A stretch of 58,783 nt of DNA, filler included, from Sphacelaria rigidula (GCA_964200075.2; 4 parts of 4 records of this genome joined end to end with filler, not necessarily neighbours in it); one strand, 5' to 3'; counted from the whole stretch's first letter, positions 11,288 through 24,365 are shown. Program-made: numbers and translations. The notes: generated by a model not told the origin, from the letters alone.

Positions 11288-12165
11288 GTGGCGGGGGGGG
11301 CAGGGTGCACGGCATACAAACATGCACAGACGAACCACCACCAGCTAGCGGCAAAAGCAGCAACACTAATGTAGCACGGAGAACACTAATGAACCTATCG
11401 CATACGCTTGGCAGGCAGCCAACCCAGCTACTTCAGTGCGCACAGATTAATTGTTTGTGGTCAAATATAAATCTCACAGACAGGGTACAATGGCGCACAG
11501 CACTGTTCCCACTACAGACGAAAGTATTGTACGGTGTGGTACGCCCAGTACGGTGGTACAGACTACTGGGAGGTACTGTGATATATGTCACTGATCGTAG
11601 CGTCCGTTGTACTGAAAGCCGTCAACACAACTTACTTCTACCGAGAGCATAGATAGTGCGCTCATGTCGCTAGGAACGGGTACTCGAGACTGCTACTGTC
11701 CCTAGCTGTCGTGTTTCGCAACTACCCCAGCACACACACACACGCCTACCCTTGTGTGGAGCTTGAAATCAAGACACCTGTACGTACAATATATACTTGT
11801 ACCTGTTTACTCCTCAAAAGAAGAAAAATAAATCCCCACATCTCTACTCATGCCAGAGAGTTAGTCCTATGCCCGTGTTTTCACCGGCGAGGCGATCACA
11901 CGCGGGGCGCTGTGTGTACCACACCGTACAATAATTTCGTCTGTAGCGGGAAGAGTGCTGTGCGGCAGTGTATACTGTATGTGACGTGTATATTTCACCA
12001 CAATCAATCTGTGCGCACTGAAGTAGCTGGGTTGGCTGCCTGCCAAGCGTGTGGCATCGGTTCGACGACGGTCTTGGTGCTACATTACTGCTGCTGCTTT
12101 TACCGTTCGCTGGTTGTGGTTCGTCTGTGCATGTGTGTGTATCTTGTACCGCCCCCCCGCCCCCC
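11288..12165. repeat. Long inverted repeat, arms ~11288-11542 and ~11916-12165
   Basis: Arms are reverse complements, including a perfect 45-bp match (11404-11448 vs 12006-12050); spacer ~370 bp. Confidence 0.85.
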
Positions 12166-13149
12166 TCCCCCCGTGTCGGAAATTCTTCGATTGTAGTGAG
12201 AGCTCATGTCGAGAACCCCGGATTCCGTTTCGGAACGGTTACAGGCTGGTTTAGGCACATCACCCAAAAAACACTCATCGGTAAAACCTCACGCCGTTTT
12301 AAGGAGTTAGACCCTCAAATTTTGCACAGATGTTCTATGGCATCACGCAGCTTTCGAAGGTCGAGGTTTTTCGACTCTTTGAATTTTTTCACCGTTTTTC
12401 GGGGGTCCCAGTTTTTCCGGGAAACATCGATCCAATCGGACCCCCGTAAAACGGTAAAGAAGAAAAAAATCGAAAAACCTTCATCCAAAGTTGCGTAATG
12501 ACCCATAGCACAGCTGTGCAAAACTTCAGGGTCTGACCCCTTCAAACGGGGTGAGGTTTTTCGCTTTTGTGTGATGAACTTTAACGTGCCGCGGTGAAAC
12601 CGCAAACCACTTGATTTCAGCACGAAAACGGCGTTTTTGGGCCTTCTTTGACGTGAACATGAAAATTCAAGCAGCAGTTGATCGAGTTTTGCGGGAAAAT
12701 TTTGTGAGACCCTCCCTCGGGTTATGCGGGGACAGCTTGCTCACAACAGAAAATCGTCGTGCCCGTTTTCGCGGGTCCCAGAGTGGAGACTACTTCAAAA
12801 AACGAGTTGGACCCCCGTCGGGCCCCCGAAAAACGGTGAAAAACTCAAGAAGAAAAAAAAAAAACATGATCCATAAAAAGTTGCGTAATGATACATAGCA
12901 GATTTTCGCAAAGTTTCAGGATCTTACTCCCAATAACGGCGTGAAGGCTTGCGCGTTTGTGGAGGACGTGGGCTTGAAACGTGTAACTCGTAACTACTCG
13001 GTTTTAGTATGGAAACGTCTTTTGAGGTGAACTTAACGTCAAGGCAAAAAAAATTGTATGAGGTCTTCGAGTTTCTGCATCAAACTTTGTGCGTGTGTTC
13101 GTTGGACGATCCCAGGACGCATCATTCTACTATTCTTCTTTTAGGACAT

Positions 13150-13298
13150 TCTGTACCGCCTTCCGGGGGTCTTTATACTGGGACCCTCGGAAGCCGGTAG
13201 AGAACGGAGAAACCATAAATATTGCCAAGAACACAATTTTTCCATTTGGAGCATCAATACCTACGGAATAGCCAAGTTTGAGGGTGATCTGAGCTTTT
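13150..13298 (-). mobile_element. Dispersed repeat or MITE end shared with 50066-50222
   Basis: Reverse complement aaaagctcagatcaccctcaaacttgg...accggcttccgagggtcccag aligns with aaagccctgattatcctcaaatttgg...accggcttccgggggtcccag in contig 4. Confidence 0.6.
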
Positions 13299-14089
13299 CT
13301 ACAACAGGTATAAGGGACACCGTCACGAGGCTCCCTGGGTCTTTCGTGCGCATCACTAGTGGAAATTAGACGACGCTAACACCCGACATCATCGAAACAT
13401 CACGGTTTCGGGTATAATTCGACCCCGTGGCAACCGTTTTCAAATATGTTTTTTTCGTGAGCCGATGAAGGTTACTACGATTTGAAGCATGTGGAGATTG
13501 GGTGAAAATTGGACTTGGAATTCGTAATTTCGATCTCGGAACAATTTAACGGGCGCTGATTGGTCGACATACCTTTTCGCCCTTAGCTTCACCACTGTGG
13601 CCTTACACTCAAATCCGGCTATGTCACGCTCTTCAGCTGTCCATGGTGGTCAGTATGATATCACGTACGCGACTATTGGGTAGGTATTGCGAAAGGCATT
13701 TGCTGATGACACAATTTTGGGTGATAACCGTGAACCAGTCTGTAGAGCCAACGCAGTCATGGACTGGCTGAGGACCCACCAACCGGTCACTTTACAGCTG
13801 GAGAGATCGCCCAGTATGGAGCCGTCAACGAGGGAATAACACCCGCGGAGCATCTACTCATTAATACTGGACTTGTAGAGCTGTAAATAGTATACAGTAG
13901 TGGTCCCGATATAGTGCCTGTTGAATAGTGCCGGGGTCCCGGTATAGGGCCGGTAAATTCTGCTGGGCCGGACGGAGCCCGGTATAGTTCCAGTACCGGC
14001 ATTATATCGAGAGATCCTTATATAGTGCCGATTTGGGGTGCGTAGGTGAGTGAATAGTGCCGGTTTCCACAGAAAAAGACTCTCCAACA

Positions 14090-14260
14090 AACACTAGAAA
14101 CGCACAGCTACAGACGTGGGCCTCACCCCAGGACCCTCGACGGGTCATGGACGCCATGGAGGGTACGGTGGTCGGTTGCATGGCATTTGTGCTTCACTGG
14201 AAAAGGAGGGTGCCAATAAAGAGCGGCAATGCAGACGCCCTTTTCCATCTGCAAAAAGCA
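14090..14260 (+). pseudogene. Possible decayed Ty3/Gypsy RNase H C-terminal fragment
   Basis: Translation MAFVLHWKRRVPIKSGNADALFHLQ resembles the F.i.y..G..N..ADALSRL end of LTR-retrotransposon RNase H; no other pol motifs found. Confidence 0.4.
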
Positions 14261-14624
14261 AAGATGGCGATGATCGAAGCGTATGCATCGCAGCCAGCCC
14301 AGCAGACAGACTTGAGGGCTTCTTGTGAGAGGATCTGATTTGCAGGGGATGCTAAGGATTCCGTAGAGCATAGGACTTGCATCCAGTTGTTATCGGACTT
14401 GACCTGAGGCGTCAACCACATTTTTCACTATTGGGAGTAGGGACGGTGCTCCGTCTCAAGAGGGATGCGTGGTCAATTGTCAAACGACCAAGGCAAGCAA
14501 CAAACTATTACTCCCCCCCCTATAAGCCTGGTCCGGCGAGAACCCGGCGTGCTCCGTCCCGGCTCTGTAGGGGCGGACCCCCGATGGGGTTGGCGTCGGT
14601 TGGCGATGGCGACTCGCCGAATAC

Positions 14625-14724
14625 NNNNNNNNNNNNNNNNNNNNNNNNNNNNNNNNNNNNNNNNNNNNTTAATTAATTAANNNNNNNNNNNNNNNNNNNN
14701 NNNNNNNNNNNNNNNNNNNNNNNN
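14625..14724. other. Artificial contig-joining linker (N44-TTAATTAATTAA-N44)
   Basis: Exactly 100 nt with a central 12-mer giving stop codons in all six frames; identical to the other two linkers. Confidence 0.97.
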
Positions 14725-16520
14725 GCATCCCTTTCGAGACGGAGCACCGTTCCTACTCCTAATAGAGACACCTCCAACATTCTGGCGCTCATTACTTGAC
14801 TGGGGGGGGGGCAGTAACTTGCCAGTGGTCAGATATCTGAAATGGCTCGCGTGTGGTTTTGCCACTGGACTCGGAGCAAGGATGTACACTGTTTTCAAAT
14901 TATTGCGACAGTGTACCGCGAGTCGGAAAGTCGGAAAGAGCGATCTGATGTGGTGGTGGGAGAAACATCAGCGAGACGGCTGAATTTCGGATTCGTCTCA
15001 AGACTTCGCCTCACCCTGAAGGGGGGGGTGAAGGAAACATCGTTTCACCGAATCAAATGTCCATGCACGTTGGATCACTCCTGCAGCAGCTTACAGCGGC
15101 TTGCAGAGGTTTGCACAGGCCTTCACACTGATTCTATGGTGATCTGATGTGTAAAATATTTCTGTAAGGCCGAAAAAGAAGGCAGAGGGGGGGTATGGGC
15201 TTCGCCGGGAAAGTGAGCGATGTCGTGCTCCTTGAGTGGCGTGCTTTATCCAAACAAAGTATAGAGTCGTTTGTAAATCCTTCACCCCATGGCATTGCTT
15301 CAGCATCAATTTCAATGGCGGGGATAGCTGGCACCGCTTGCACCGACGGGTATAACTTGCACCGGGAGCACTTGATCAAAATGATATATTAGCGGGGGAG
15401 AGATGTGTCGATCCTTGGAGACTACGGAGTCGTCCCGAGGAAGGGGAGAGTTGATTTTTTTACGGGGTAATAATGATAGCCCAACATGTCACGATGTTCG
15501 ATATGCCTCTCGCATTGGGTACACTCAGGGTTTTTTACAATCTTATCTAGTTGTCTGTAGGCATTTTTGACGAAGAAAAGAGTATGCTATAATTATGTTT
15601 TCGTTGGCATGTTGGCATGTTGGTTTTCCCTTTCCCCCACCAGGGCCCACGCTTCCGTGTGTCGGCCAATTTTGCTTGAAGCTAGATCGGGCATATGCGA
15701 TGGTGTTTTTTTTCTCCCTTTTTCCACGTCGCCGCGCTGGGATGTCAGCTTATGATGCGGTGTGCTTTGGTGCATGAAATCTATGTTGGTTCGAGGAAAT
15801 GTTCACCGGTGCTCACGCGGTGCGGACCGCACGGTGTTATTCGAGGTCGGTTGTGATATCGTACGACTTCGTCGCGTTTCGTGTTACAGGTGGTGTCATG
15901 TCATACATTGCAATGACGAAGCTCTCGCAAGCTTCTTCGCGAGATGATGAGACACTCTTTGTTGAGTCAGCGGGGCGCATGGGTGTGTGTGACGTGCTAC
16001 AAGTCCCCGTCCTGTACAATCAAAGTGTTGAATAAAGATGTGCATCGTTCATATTTTTCGTTTATGAAGGGGTGGTATGCAGCACAAGGATAAAGCTTCA
16101 TAGCATGCACCTTCGTTTCTCCCTTGAGCCCATTTATTTGTTGGGTTAAGCTGATCTAAATCCAAGTAGTTAGGCTGCCAGACCTAGCCAGGCTTGTAAA
16201 AATGACGCTGGTGCACGCGCTAATGGTACCTTTCTGGATCCCGAGCAAGGGTGTAAGCTATTTTCGAGACATTGATACGAGTCGACCGCGACTTAAGAAG
16301 ACCGAGCTATATCGATGGGTGATGAAAAATGCAAGTGGGGGCAGCTGCTCTTGGAACTCCAAGAAGACTGCACTGCACCGAAATCGAAAATCACGAGTAT
16401 AGGGGCGTATATAATATGATGATCAAAGGCATACTGGTCGGCAAACACATTTCGATTGACTATATCAACTACTACTAGGTACGTGTTTTCTGCATGAACC
16501 ACCACTACGATGTTTTCGTG

Positions 16521-16874
16521 CACACGCGGCCATTTGGCCATCCCAAAAAATTCCTCCAGGTCGGTCAACTTTTCGAGCCTCCAGAGGAATTAAACGCGTC
16601 CGGAGGGGTGCGCAGCCCTCCACAAAAGATTTTTCGGTTTCCTAGAGAGGGATTAAACGCCTCCGGAGACTTGTTTTTGCCTCTGGAGGACCGCGCATCT
16701 CCCCGAAGGCACTTTGCTACCCCCAACTTCCTCCGGAGGGGTGCGCGGCCCTCCAGGTCGGTAGTGTTTGGTTTCCTCCAGAGGGTTTGAAGGCCCCCGG
16801 AAACTTGTTTTGCCTCTTGAGGACCGCGTATCCCTCCAGAGGCATTTTGGGGGGTAGCCAAATGACTGCGTGTG
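16521..16874. mobile_element. MITE with TIRs and internal cctccggagg/cctccagagg subrepeats
   Basis: Starts cacacgcggccatttggc and ends gccaaatgactgcgtgtg (inverted); repeated gaggaccgcg and cctc..gagg motifs inside. Confidence 0.7.
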
Positions 16875-17358
16875 TGAGATTGAGAGTACATCATATGATC
16901 GAGAGTATAAGAAGTGGTCAATCAATGCACCAACTAGTTTCAGTTTCGAAATGCCCCTCCGAGCCTTATACGAGTTGTGTAAGGTTGGAGAATGCTCCAG
17001 TTGGAGATGGCCGGCAATACGTAAGAGACGCGAAGAGCACAACGTGAATCAATGGTGATACCGACTATTATTTTAGTCCAGTTTCCAAATATCTTGAGTT
17101 TTCTAGTCCCCCAAAGTTGGATTATTTTCTTCTCCGCCGGGGGGTGGGGTGAGGAGCCTATTTGTCTCCATTTCCAGTCTACAAGCAGCCCTGCTCAATC
17201 CCAAATTGGCGCTTTCCCCAACCTGGAAGAAAATTCAGTTTTTATCTAACGCATGCTCAATTGCGTTTTTTCGGTCTCCCACTGCCTCTTGCCTCTTGCC
17301 CCCCCCCGCACTGCCTCTTGAGGACAAAAATGTGATAGGAGTATGCGGTAGACTATAA

Positions 17359-17540
17359 GGCCGATTTCAAAATTGACGATGGAGCTTTTCCTTGAGGATG
17401 ATAACCAAGAAAATTCAAGTCTCGTACCCACACCAATTCTTGGAAATATGGTTGCATTCCTTCACCTACTGAAAGCTACGGACAACTGCTACACGCCATC
17501 AAGTTTGGATTCCGATAACCGATTTTTTTGGGTCCCGGAT
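17359..17540 (+). mobile_element. Half copy of the foldback MITE family
   Basis: gccgatttcaaaattgacgatggagcttttccttgaggatgataacc... matches the left arm of 25068-25502. Confidence 0.75.
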
Positions 17541-18082
17541 GAAAACTGTTACGGGGAAATCAGATGATCCAATGGCTTGATGTGGATACGAGGAGGTACA
17601 CTAGTGAACGGAGGGGAAACGGATCAGGCTTCAGGGTTCATGTCACAGTCTCGTCGGGGAGTGGTCGGTAAAGTCACGTTAGACTTTGTGTAAGAAACTT
17701 TCTGCTCTGTACAACAGCAGCACACTTGACTTCAGCCTGATCGACAACTACTCGGTTCTGGTACAGTCAACACCCCAGAAGGTTTTCTCCTACTTGACAA
17801 GTGATTCAACTTCGGTAATTTCTCTGATAAAAAAGCGGGGAGATTGGTGCCGTTCCATGTTTTCAACTTGTAACGCTCGACCGAAAAGGGTTCGAGCCCT
17901 TCGTAGTCGACCAGCGGCGGAGGCGGCTTCGCTCGCAAGCGCATTGGTACAACCGGGAGCATGATCTTGCATTCAGCAGTACATCGCTGAATCTACATGT
18001 ATTTTTCGATATTTCAGCCAGTGTGGAGGTCGGTGAGACAGCCATAAGCAGCTAGCATAGTGGCGCCTCCTCAGAATCAAAC

Positions 18083-19368
18083 ATGGGCCAACGTCGAGAC
18101 GATGGTAGAGGAAGGGCGACCTACGACCGCGCGCCGTCTTCACGACCCAGGTTGCTCGCGAGTTCTACCAGCTCGAGTAGGGTTACCCCGAGTGGGCTGG
18201 AAACATGTTCACACCATAAGGATGTGGCCGCACCAACAACGAAGAGCCCAACAACTCGTACTTACACGCGAGTCACAACAGAGGGTGTACCACAGCGAGA
18301 AACACCGGGAGGTCTGGGCCCTGGTGCAGAACCGCCGGTTGCCATCGCGTCCCGTGCTTTTGCCCACGAAGAAAGGGATACCAAGGCAAAGAGGGAAACG
18401 AATAAAACTGCAGATGATGTCCAGGGTGGGGTGGGAACACCAAGCGATGACAACATAGAAATGGGGTCAGGTAGCGGTTACGGCGGCGGCGTTGGAGCGA
18501 CAGGCGGTGGTGCGGACTACTCTGATGAGGAGAAAACATGCACAGCAGCTGCCTTGGGTCTCGACACAAATGAAATACCTTACGGTCGGGCTAGTGACGG
18601 TAAGCATGCCAGCGACCGTGCTGACTTTTTGGCACCTGAGTGTGGAGACAAGAGCGAGGAAGCCGAGACCCTGCTTGACACGTATAACTTGTCGGATGAG
18701 GCGGTGCTGGAAGGCGCGCCCACGGGATGCAGCGCTGGCGGCGGAGGCGGCGGCAGTACGGGCGGGGACGTTCCCGATTGCGTTTTTTTCCCACCCACGA
18801 ACAAGAGACAAAGTGGGATTAGCAGGGTTGAGGACGAACAGTATGTTGGCGAAAGTAGCGGTGGTGATGACGATGCTCGCTGCCATGCAATAAGCGACGA
18901 CATTACCTCGGATGACCTGTCTTCGTCTTCGTCTACTACACGGCGTAACCTCTACAATACCAGCCGCCCGCAACGACAACAACAGCGGAGCGGGGGAATC
19001 CCCAGACGTCGCCCGTTCGTGCAACCCAGAAAACAAGCGACAAATCGGATCGTTCCGTTTGAACACGTGAACGGGGTTGCAGAAAGCGAAGGTGGACGCC
19101 GGCGGTATGGCCGAAACAAGGGGCGGAGGTGTACCATGTCTCCCCGTAGGGGTAACCGCGCCGCCTTCAGTTCAGGGAGCCATGATGGACGTTCTCTTTC
19201 GCAGCAGCAAAATCATAGGCGCAATGGAAGACGGGAGCGATTGGTTTTAAGTGAGGCAGAGTCTGCTGCTGGAGACGATTTAGGAATGGATTGGTTCGAG
19301 GAGGAGATGGCGCGTCTACGGCGCGAGAACACTCTCTTGAAGAGGCGGCAGCAGCACAGGCTTATTAG
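18083..19368 (+). CDS. Large low-complexity coding exon of an unidentified protein, with a short C-terminal coiled-coil-like segment
   Basis: 464-codon ORF rich in G/S/D/R; WFEEEMARLRRENTLLKRRQQ near the end; probable donor AG|gtacat at 19369; start and end uncertain. Confidence 0.6.
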
Positions 19369-20027
19369 GTACATTTTTTGTGATCTAGTGCCCGGTGTTT
19401 TGAGGTCAGAATTGAAGAATCCTTCAAGGAAGTATGTTCCTATTTCCCAATTTCGGGTTTTTGAAGGTTTCATGTGACGCAATTGAGAATAAAATAGAAA
19501 ATACCTTGACTTGAAGCGCAGTGTTCTCCATGGTAGGGAGTGGTGCTGATGCTGTAGTCTCTTCATGTCGCGATCGGATGTCGCCGTCACTTGAAAGCAC
19601 CTGTGCACGCGCTGGGGCGCGCGTGGTACACCCGTCAGCTTTACTCCTCTTCGGAGGCATACTGGTGCCACTACACTTTGTCCTCAGTCATCAGCTGCAC
19701 TGGCCCCACGCCCAACAATGCCGTTGATATGCTCGATGGTAGAGCCTGTTGGTCCGATTTTCACATTTCCCAAACTTGGAAAATGATGCCTACCGCCGAG
19801 CGTTCGCGGTAAGCGAAACCGCAAGAAACAAGGGAATAGTGAAATCGTGAAACGGCGATTGAACAGGGCTTAAGTGGGGAATTGGTCACTTTGCATCCCC
19901 AGGTAGACACTACCCTCGGTTCAATAGACAACGATGAAGTTACTTGATAATCCACATACCGATACCTGTTTCTTAATGGAGAATGTTGGAAGCGTGCGCT
20001 CGGCTATACTCACTCGAAGACAAAAAA

Positions 20028-20800
20028 ATGGCACTCTTGAATTTCTGGAAACCTAGGAGCAGCGAGGACGCTCATGCCGATCCATGGGACAACGCATCCG
20101 GCGACAGCCGGATCCCCCGCGATATTTCATGCTCCAGCGCTAGTAGACCAAGGCGGGCATCGTCGGTATCTGCAAACAGACCGAGGAACAACGATTCGCG
20201 CCGCATCCGAGACTTCGATGAGTCAGTACACGTGGATCGCCACTGGCTGTCGCCAGGCGCCAGTTTCGGGCGGTACAGCACTCATCCAGATGTAGACCAC
20301 GAAGCAAGATCTTTGCCACGTGATGGCAGGAAATCAGCCCCGCGCTCAGAGTCAACAAGCTGGTCGAAGTTCTTGTCCAGTAGTAGATACTCCAGAGAAA
20401 GAGATGGGGCACAACGGGTAAACTGTGATGTTGCCCGTGACAATATCGAGGAAGATTTTGGGGAACCACCAGCGGGGCTCGAAGTAGATGGTGGCGTTGA
20501 TGTAGCCTTACCTCACATCCTGGTAGAAGGAGGGTTCCTCTGGAAAATCCCGTGTCATACCTCCAGTACGCCAAAGCGTCGCTGGTTTCAAATTAAACCT
20601 GCCGGGGGAGTGCTGACAACCACAAACGGGCGGTTGCTCGTGAGACCAAGGAGAGCGAGGCATGTGCCGGCGCGAGCATGGGGGATTGATGACAGTGCGA
20701 GTGTTGGCGACAGTGCTGCTACTTCGGCAGAAGTTGCCCGGATCCAAGCTGCTTGGCCTCTGCGCTTTATGTGGGTGGACCCGAAGCGAGATTTGGAAAG
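20028..20800 (+). CDS. PH-ankyrin-WW protein, exon 1 (N-terminal half of PH domain); alternative ATG at 19983
   Basis: LVEGGFLWKIP...PKRRWFQI...LRFMWVDP is a PH-domain start; donor AG|gtgata, phase 2. Confidence 0.8.
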
Positions 20801-21052
20801 GTGATAGTGTGCACGCGTGTACGTACATAGCCTCGTAGCGTTATTGGCCCGCTTTCCTTAGAAACCTTCCTTTGTTCCCAGCGCAGTTCAGCATATTCAG
20901 TCGACGTTTGTTTGTACAGATCGGAATGATCGATACGACTATTCACCCGTTCCGAGTTTACCCTCGAGATGAACCCTGTTGGTCCAGGAAAAGGCACCAG
21001 GGGTAGACATTCAAGACTCCGTCTGCCCGACGCATTTTCCTGAAAAACATAG

Positions 21053-21764
21053 ATCGCCTCCGAGGGAGATGGGCATCGAAGAAATCGTTGACTTGGCGAG
21101 GGGACACAAAACCCCGGCGTTTTGGCAGCAGGCAGCACATCGCGGGGTGCACACTCTACCGGCACCCGAGCTGTGCTTCAGCTTAATAGGACACGAGCGT
21201 ACGCTTGACCTAGCAGCCGAGAGTGCCGAGGAAGCTCGGGAGTGGGTCGCTTCGCTCGCAGGCGTGGCCCGCAGCATACAACACGGGCAAATATCTGCGC
21301 GTGCCACCTTTAACAGTAGTAGATCTGTCTTGTCGGGAATCGGTGGCGGCTTATCTGGAGGCGAAATGGGATTGTCATCGTATCGGCGCCGACTTTCAAC
21401 GCAGGATAGTGTAGGTACGGGAAAAACTAGGCATAGCATCACGCGTGGGGGAGATGGTGAGAGACATGCGCAAAACAGTGAGGAGGCGGCGAAAGACACA
21501 GGGACCGTCGGGGAGAGGCCGTGGACGCCAGCAACGCTTCGGGCGTGGAGACGAAAGTTGTTTCCTGCCGTAGTGAAGGGAGATGTTGGGGCAGTTGTTG
21601 CGTTGTTTGAGCAGGGATGTCCGGTGGATTTGGTGGAATCGGGAACGGGAGATACTGCGTTGCTTTTGGCGTGTCGGTTGGGGGATATCGGGATTGCAGG
21701 GGAGTGTCTTCGTCGAGGGTCCAAGAATGATCCCCATCCAGACTTCGGACAGACCGCGCTACAG
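21053..21764 (+). CDS. PH-ankyrin-WW protein, exon 2 (end of PH domain, first ankyrin repeats)
   Basis: Acceptor catag gives the required phase 2; IEEIVDLARGHKTPAF...LCFSLIGHERTLDLAAESAEEAREWVASL is a PLC-type PH end; GDTALLLACRLG is an ankyrin repeat; ends CAG|gcaagg (GC donor). Confidence 0.85.
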
Positions 21765-22090
21765 GCAAGGGGTCGAGTATGTTTCGAATGTACGCGACTA
21801 GTATATTGAGGTGTGCTCGGTGCAACACATGTATTGATTTTCCTGTTACAGATGTGATGTGCTACTTGTGGTTGGTTTTTCGTCGGATGATGTCATTTTT
21901 CCCTGTCACCTCGAACTGTTCCCTTCAAAAAGACCCCCAACACGACGTGGCGTACCCAGCAGTCGCAGCTACCATGACTCGAGCATATCATCGAAAACTT
22001 TGGAAGGAAATACTCAAAGCATAGCGAGCATAACACCGCCCTCCGCCCCCCCCCCCCCAAATTTCTCCATCACGTTCGAACCATACCCAG

Positions 22091-22479
22091 GCCGCGGTGG
22101 CGGCGGGTAAGGAAGAATGCGCAAGACTACTGTTGGAAACGGCCGCTCCAAGCATGTCGGACGCAGTCGTCGCAAATCACAGAGATCCCAATCGAGAGAC
22201 TCCGTTGCACGTTGCGAGCCGACGAGGATTCGTGGGAATAGTAGAAGCTTTGCTGCACCACGGAGCTGACTCGACTGCGGTTGATAGGGGGAAAAACACG
22301 GCTTTGCACGGTGCAGCGGGCGGAGGGCACAAAGATGTCCTCGCCTCGCTTCTTGATGCGGGTGGTGATGCTCTCCTGGAGGTCACGAATGCTCAGGGGA
22401 ACCGGCCGTTGCATGTTGCCGCGGCAGCCGGCCATATGACTTGCGTGCAGCTGTTGCTGGGTACCGCAGCAGAGCCAGA
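22091..22479 (+). CDS. PH-ankyrin-WW protein, exon 3 (ankyrin repeats)
   Basis: cccag|AAVAAGKEECARLLL...ETPLHVASRRG...NTALHGAAGGGH...NRPLHVAAAAGH; donor GA|gtgagt. Confidence 0.92.
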
Positions 22480-22639
22480 GTGAGTTGAAGACGCTGTCGA
22501 CGTGCAACATATATATGTATATATATTACATATATGTGCAATATTTTTGTTTTAGATTTGCCATTCCTTTCGGTGCTTTGCTTTTGTTGACTTTATATTT
22601 TTTTGTTTTTCGTCGTAGTCTACTATTTCGTTCTGTCCG

Positions 22640-22767
22640 ACTTTCTCTGCTTCTTCTTTTTCTCAACGAGTGTTTCAGTCTTGTTTTCTTGGGTCCGTCT
22701 TTCCTGTGACCCCGGCTGGATCCCTGAGGTCACTTAAAGTGCGACAATCAATCAGTCGAATCAATCA
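22640..22767 (+). mobile_element. 5'-truncated LINE-like 3' end with (CAAT)n tail
   Basis: gtgtttcagtcttgttttcttgggtccgtc...ggctggatccctgaggtcacttaaagtgcgacaatcaatcagtcgaatcaatca. Confidence 0.7.
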
Positions 22768-23836
22768 TCCGTCAATATATTGGAATACACACTCGTTTGT
22801 TGAGAGAGTGCAAACGATGCTGCTGATTGGTGTCCATTTCCAACGGCGTGTTCATCATCGTTGAGCAGCATGTTCAGCGGTGCGTGCACTGCTTGACAAC
22901 CAGTTAGGGGTGGTGTTATGAACGATACCCATTGAGCTGTTTACCAACATACCGGAGACGGCAAGTACACAGTAGTTGCTGCGCACATATTTGAAGGCAT
23001 GCACGGTATCATTACACGCCGATGTACTCCAAGTATGTTGATATACTGGCGCTTTCAAAGCTAGCCAACAATAGTGCCTCCATGTACTGTTATAGCTGCG
23101 TGCGACGCATGTCCTTTCGACATTCTGTCAGGTGAAGCACAGACACCTTGACATATACTTCCTCTGTCCCATAAGTCTGGGAAGTTATGGGCGTTGAATC
23201 GTATGGGTATGCCAACGTTGCCGATCATCTCATAGTTGGGTTCGTTAGGAAGATGAAGCGCAAGCGAAGCTGATGAAAATAATAGAAGTCCGTCATCAAT
23301 ACTATAATGATGTCAAAATATACCCATCTTGATCCTCTTTGATCCATTTATACCCCATCATTGACCGATTTTAGACGTTTTTACGTCGAGCACTCGCAAT
23401 TACATGCTAACAAAATGTTGGATAGGGCGTGCGTAGATTAACATCACGGACATGTCCAAAATTCAATGATGATTTCGCGATTTTCACATTTTCTGGCCCA
23501 TTTTTCGTGATTTTTCGTGTTCCCGGGTCTCTCATGCTTTCCTGGGGAAACGAGCGAAAAATGACTGTTTTTGGACCGACCTACTTTTTCTCGGCCGCGC
23601 GGCTGCATAGGTCAAGCACCCACGCTGTAGAAATAATATCGGTTTTAGCTAAGACAACGCCGACGAATGCAATAAAAAGATCGAAAATCAAATCGGACAC
23701 GGTTAAGGGGTCGCACAAACATGACTTCCCAGACTTACGGGACAGGAAGTACATACGTACACACACATGAACGGAAAACCCTGACTTGGTGGATTTCGCA
23801 TAACACCCCTGCCGTTCCCATCCCGCCATCATTCAG

Positions 23837-24037
23837 CGTGCCAAACGCAGAAGGGAAGACTCCGTTCTCACTAGCTTCTGTCGGTGGTCACCTAGCCATA
23901 ACTCGGCTTATTCGGCAGTACGCACCGGCAGCTGGCACCCCCGCGGGGGGTGACACTCTCGCTCAAACAACGATGCAAGGAGGACGTAATTGTGTCGTGT
24001 TACCAAGACCGCACGGGTCCGGTTCGACTTCGAAGTG
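23837..24037 (+). CDS. PH-ankyrin-WW protein, exon 4 (last ankyrin repeat)
   Basis: attcag acceptor, phase 2; VPNAEGKTPFSLASVGGHLAITRLI; donor TG|gtgggt inferred. Confidence 0.8.
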
Positions 24038-24165
24038 GTGGGTTTTTGATTTGGACTCATGCATCGAGTGGTACTTATGATTTCTGCTTGTTCGGTACAA
24101 GTTGTTTTCGGAGTATGTAAAGTATCGTAATAGATGATACTCCCAATTCCACAATGTGCGGAAAT

Positions 24166-24196
24166 ACCACCACCACCACCACTACTACTACTACTG

Positions 24197-24264
<68 letters not shown>

Positions 24265-24319
24265 TTGCTACTACAACTACGACTACTACAGTACTACTAC
24301 TACTGTACTACTACTACTG

Positions 24320-24355
<36 letters not shown>

Positions 24356-24365
24356 CACTGCTACT
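24166..24365. repeat. (CAC)n/(TAC)n microsatellite in an intron
   Basis: About 200 bp of tac repeats with few interruptions. Confidence 0.95.

Noticed and set aside
6907-14624. N-terminal Rab5 exons (G1-G3 motifs)
   Set aside because: Searched by eye for GxxxxGKS, WDTAGQE and YYRGA on the minus strand and found none; they probably lie beyond the contig end.
14669-14680. TTAATTAATTAA as a biological motif or piggyBac site
   Set aside because: It sits identically between N runs three times, so it is an assembly spacer.
14429-14764. Inverted repeat spanning the first gap (14429-14468 vs 14725-14764)
   Set aside because: The copies are on different contigs across an artificial linker; the same repeat appears at ~45830, so it is a dispersed family.
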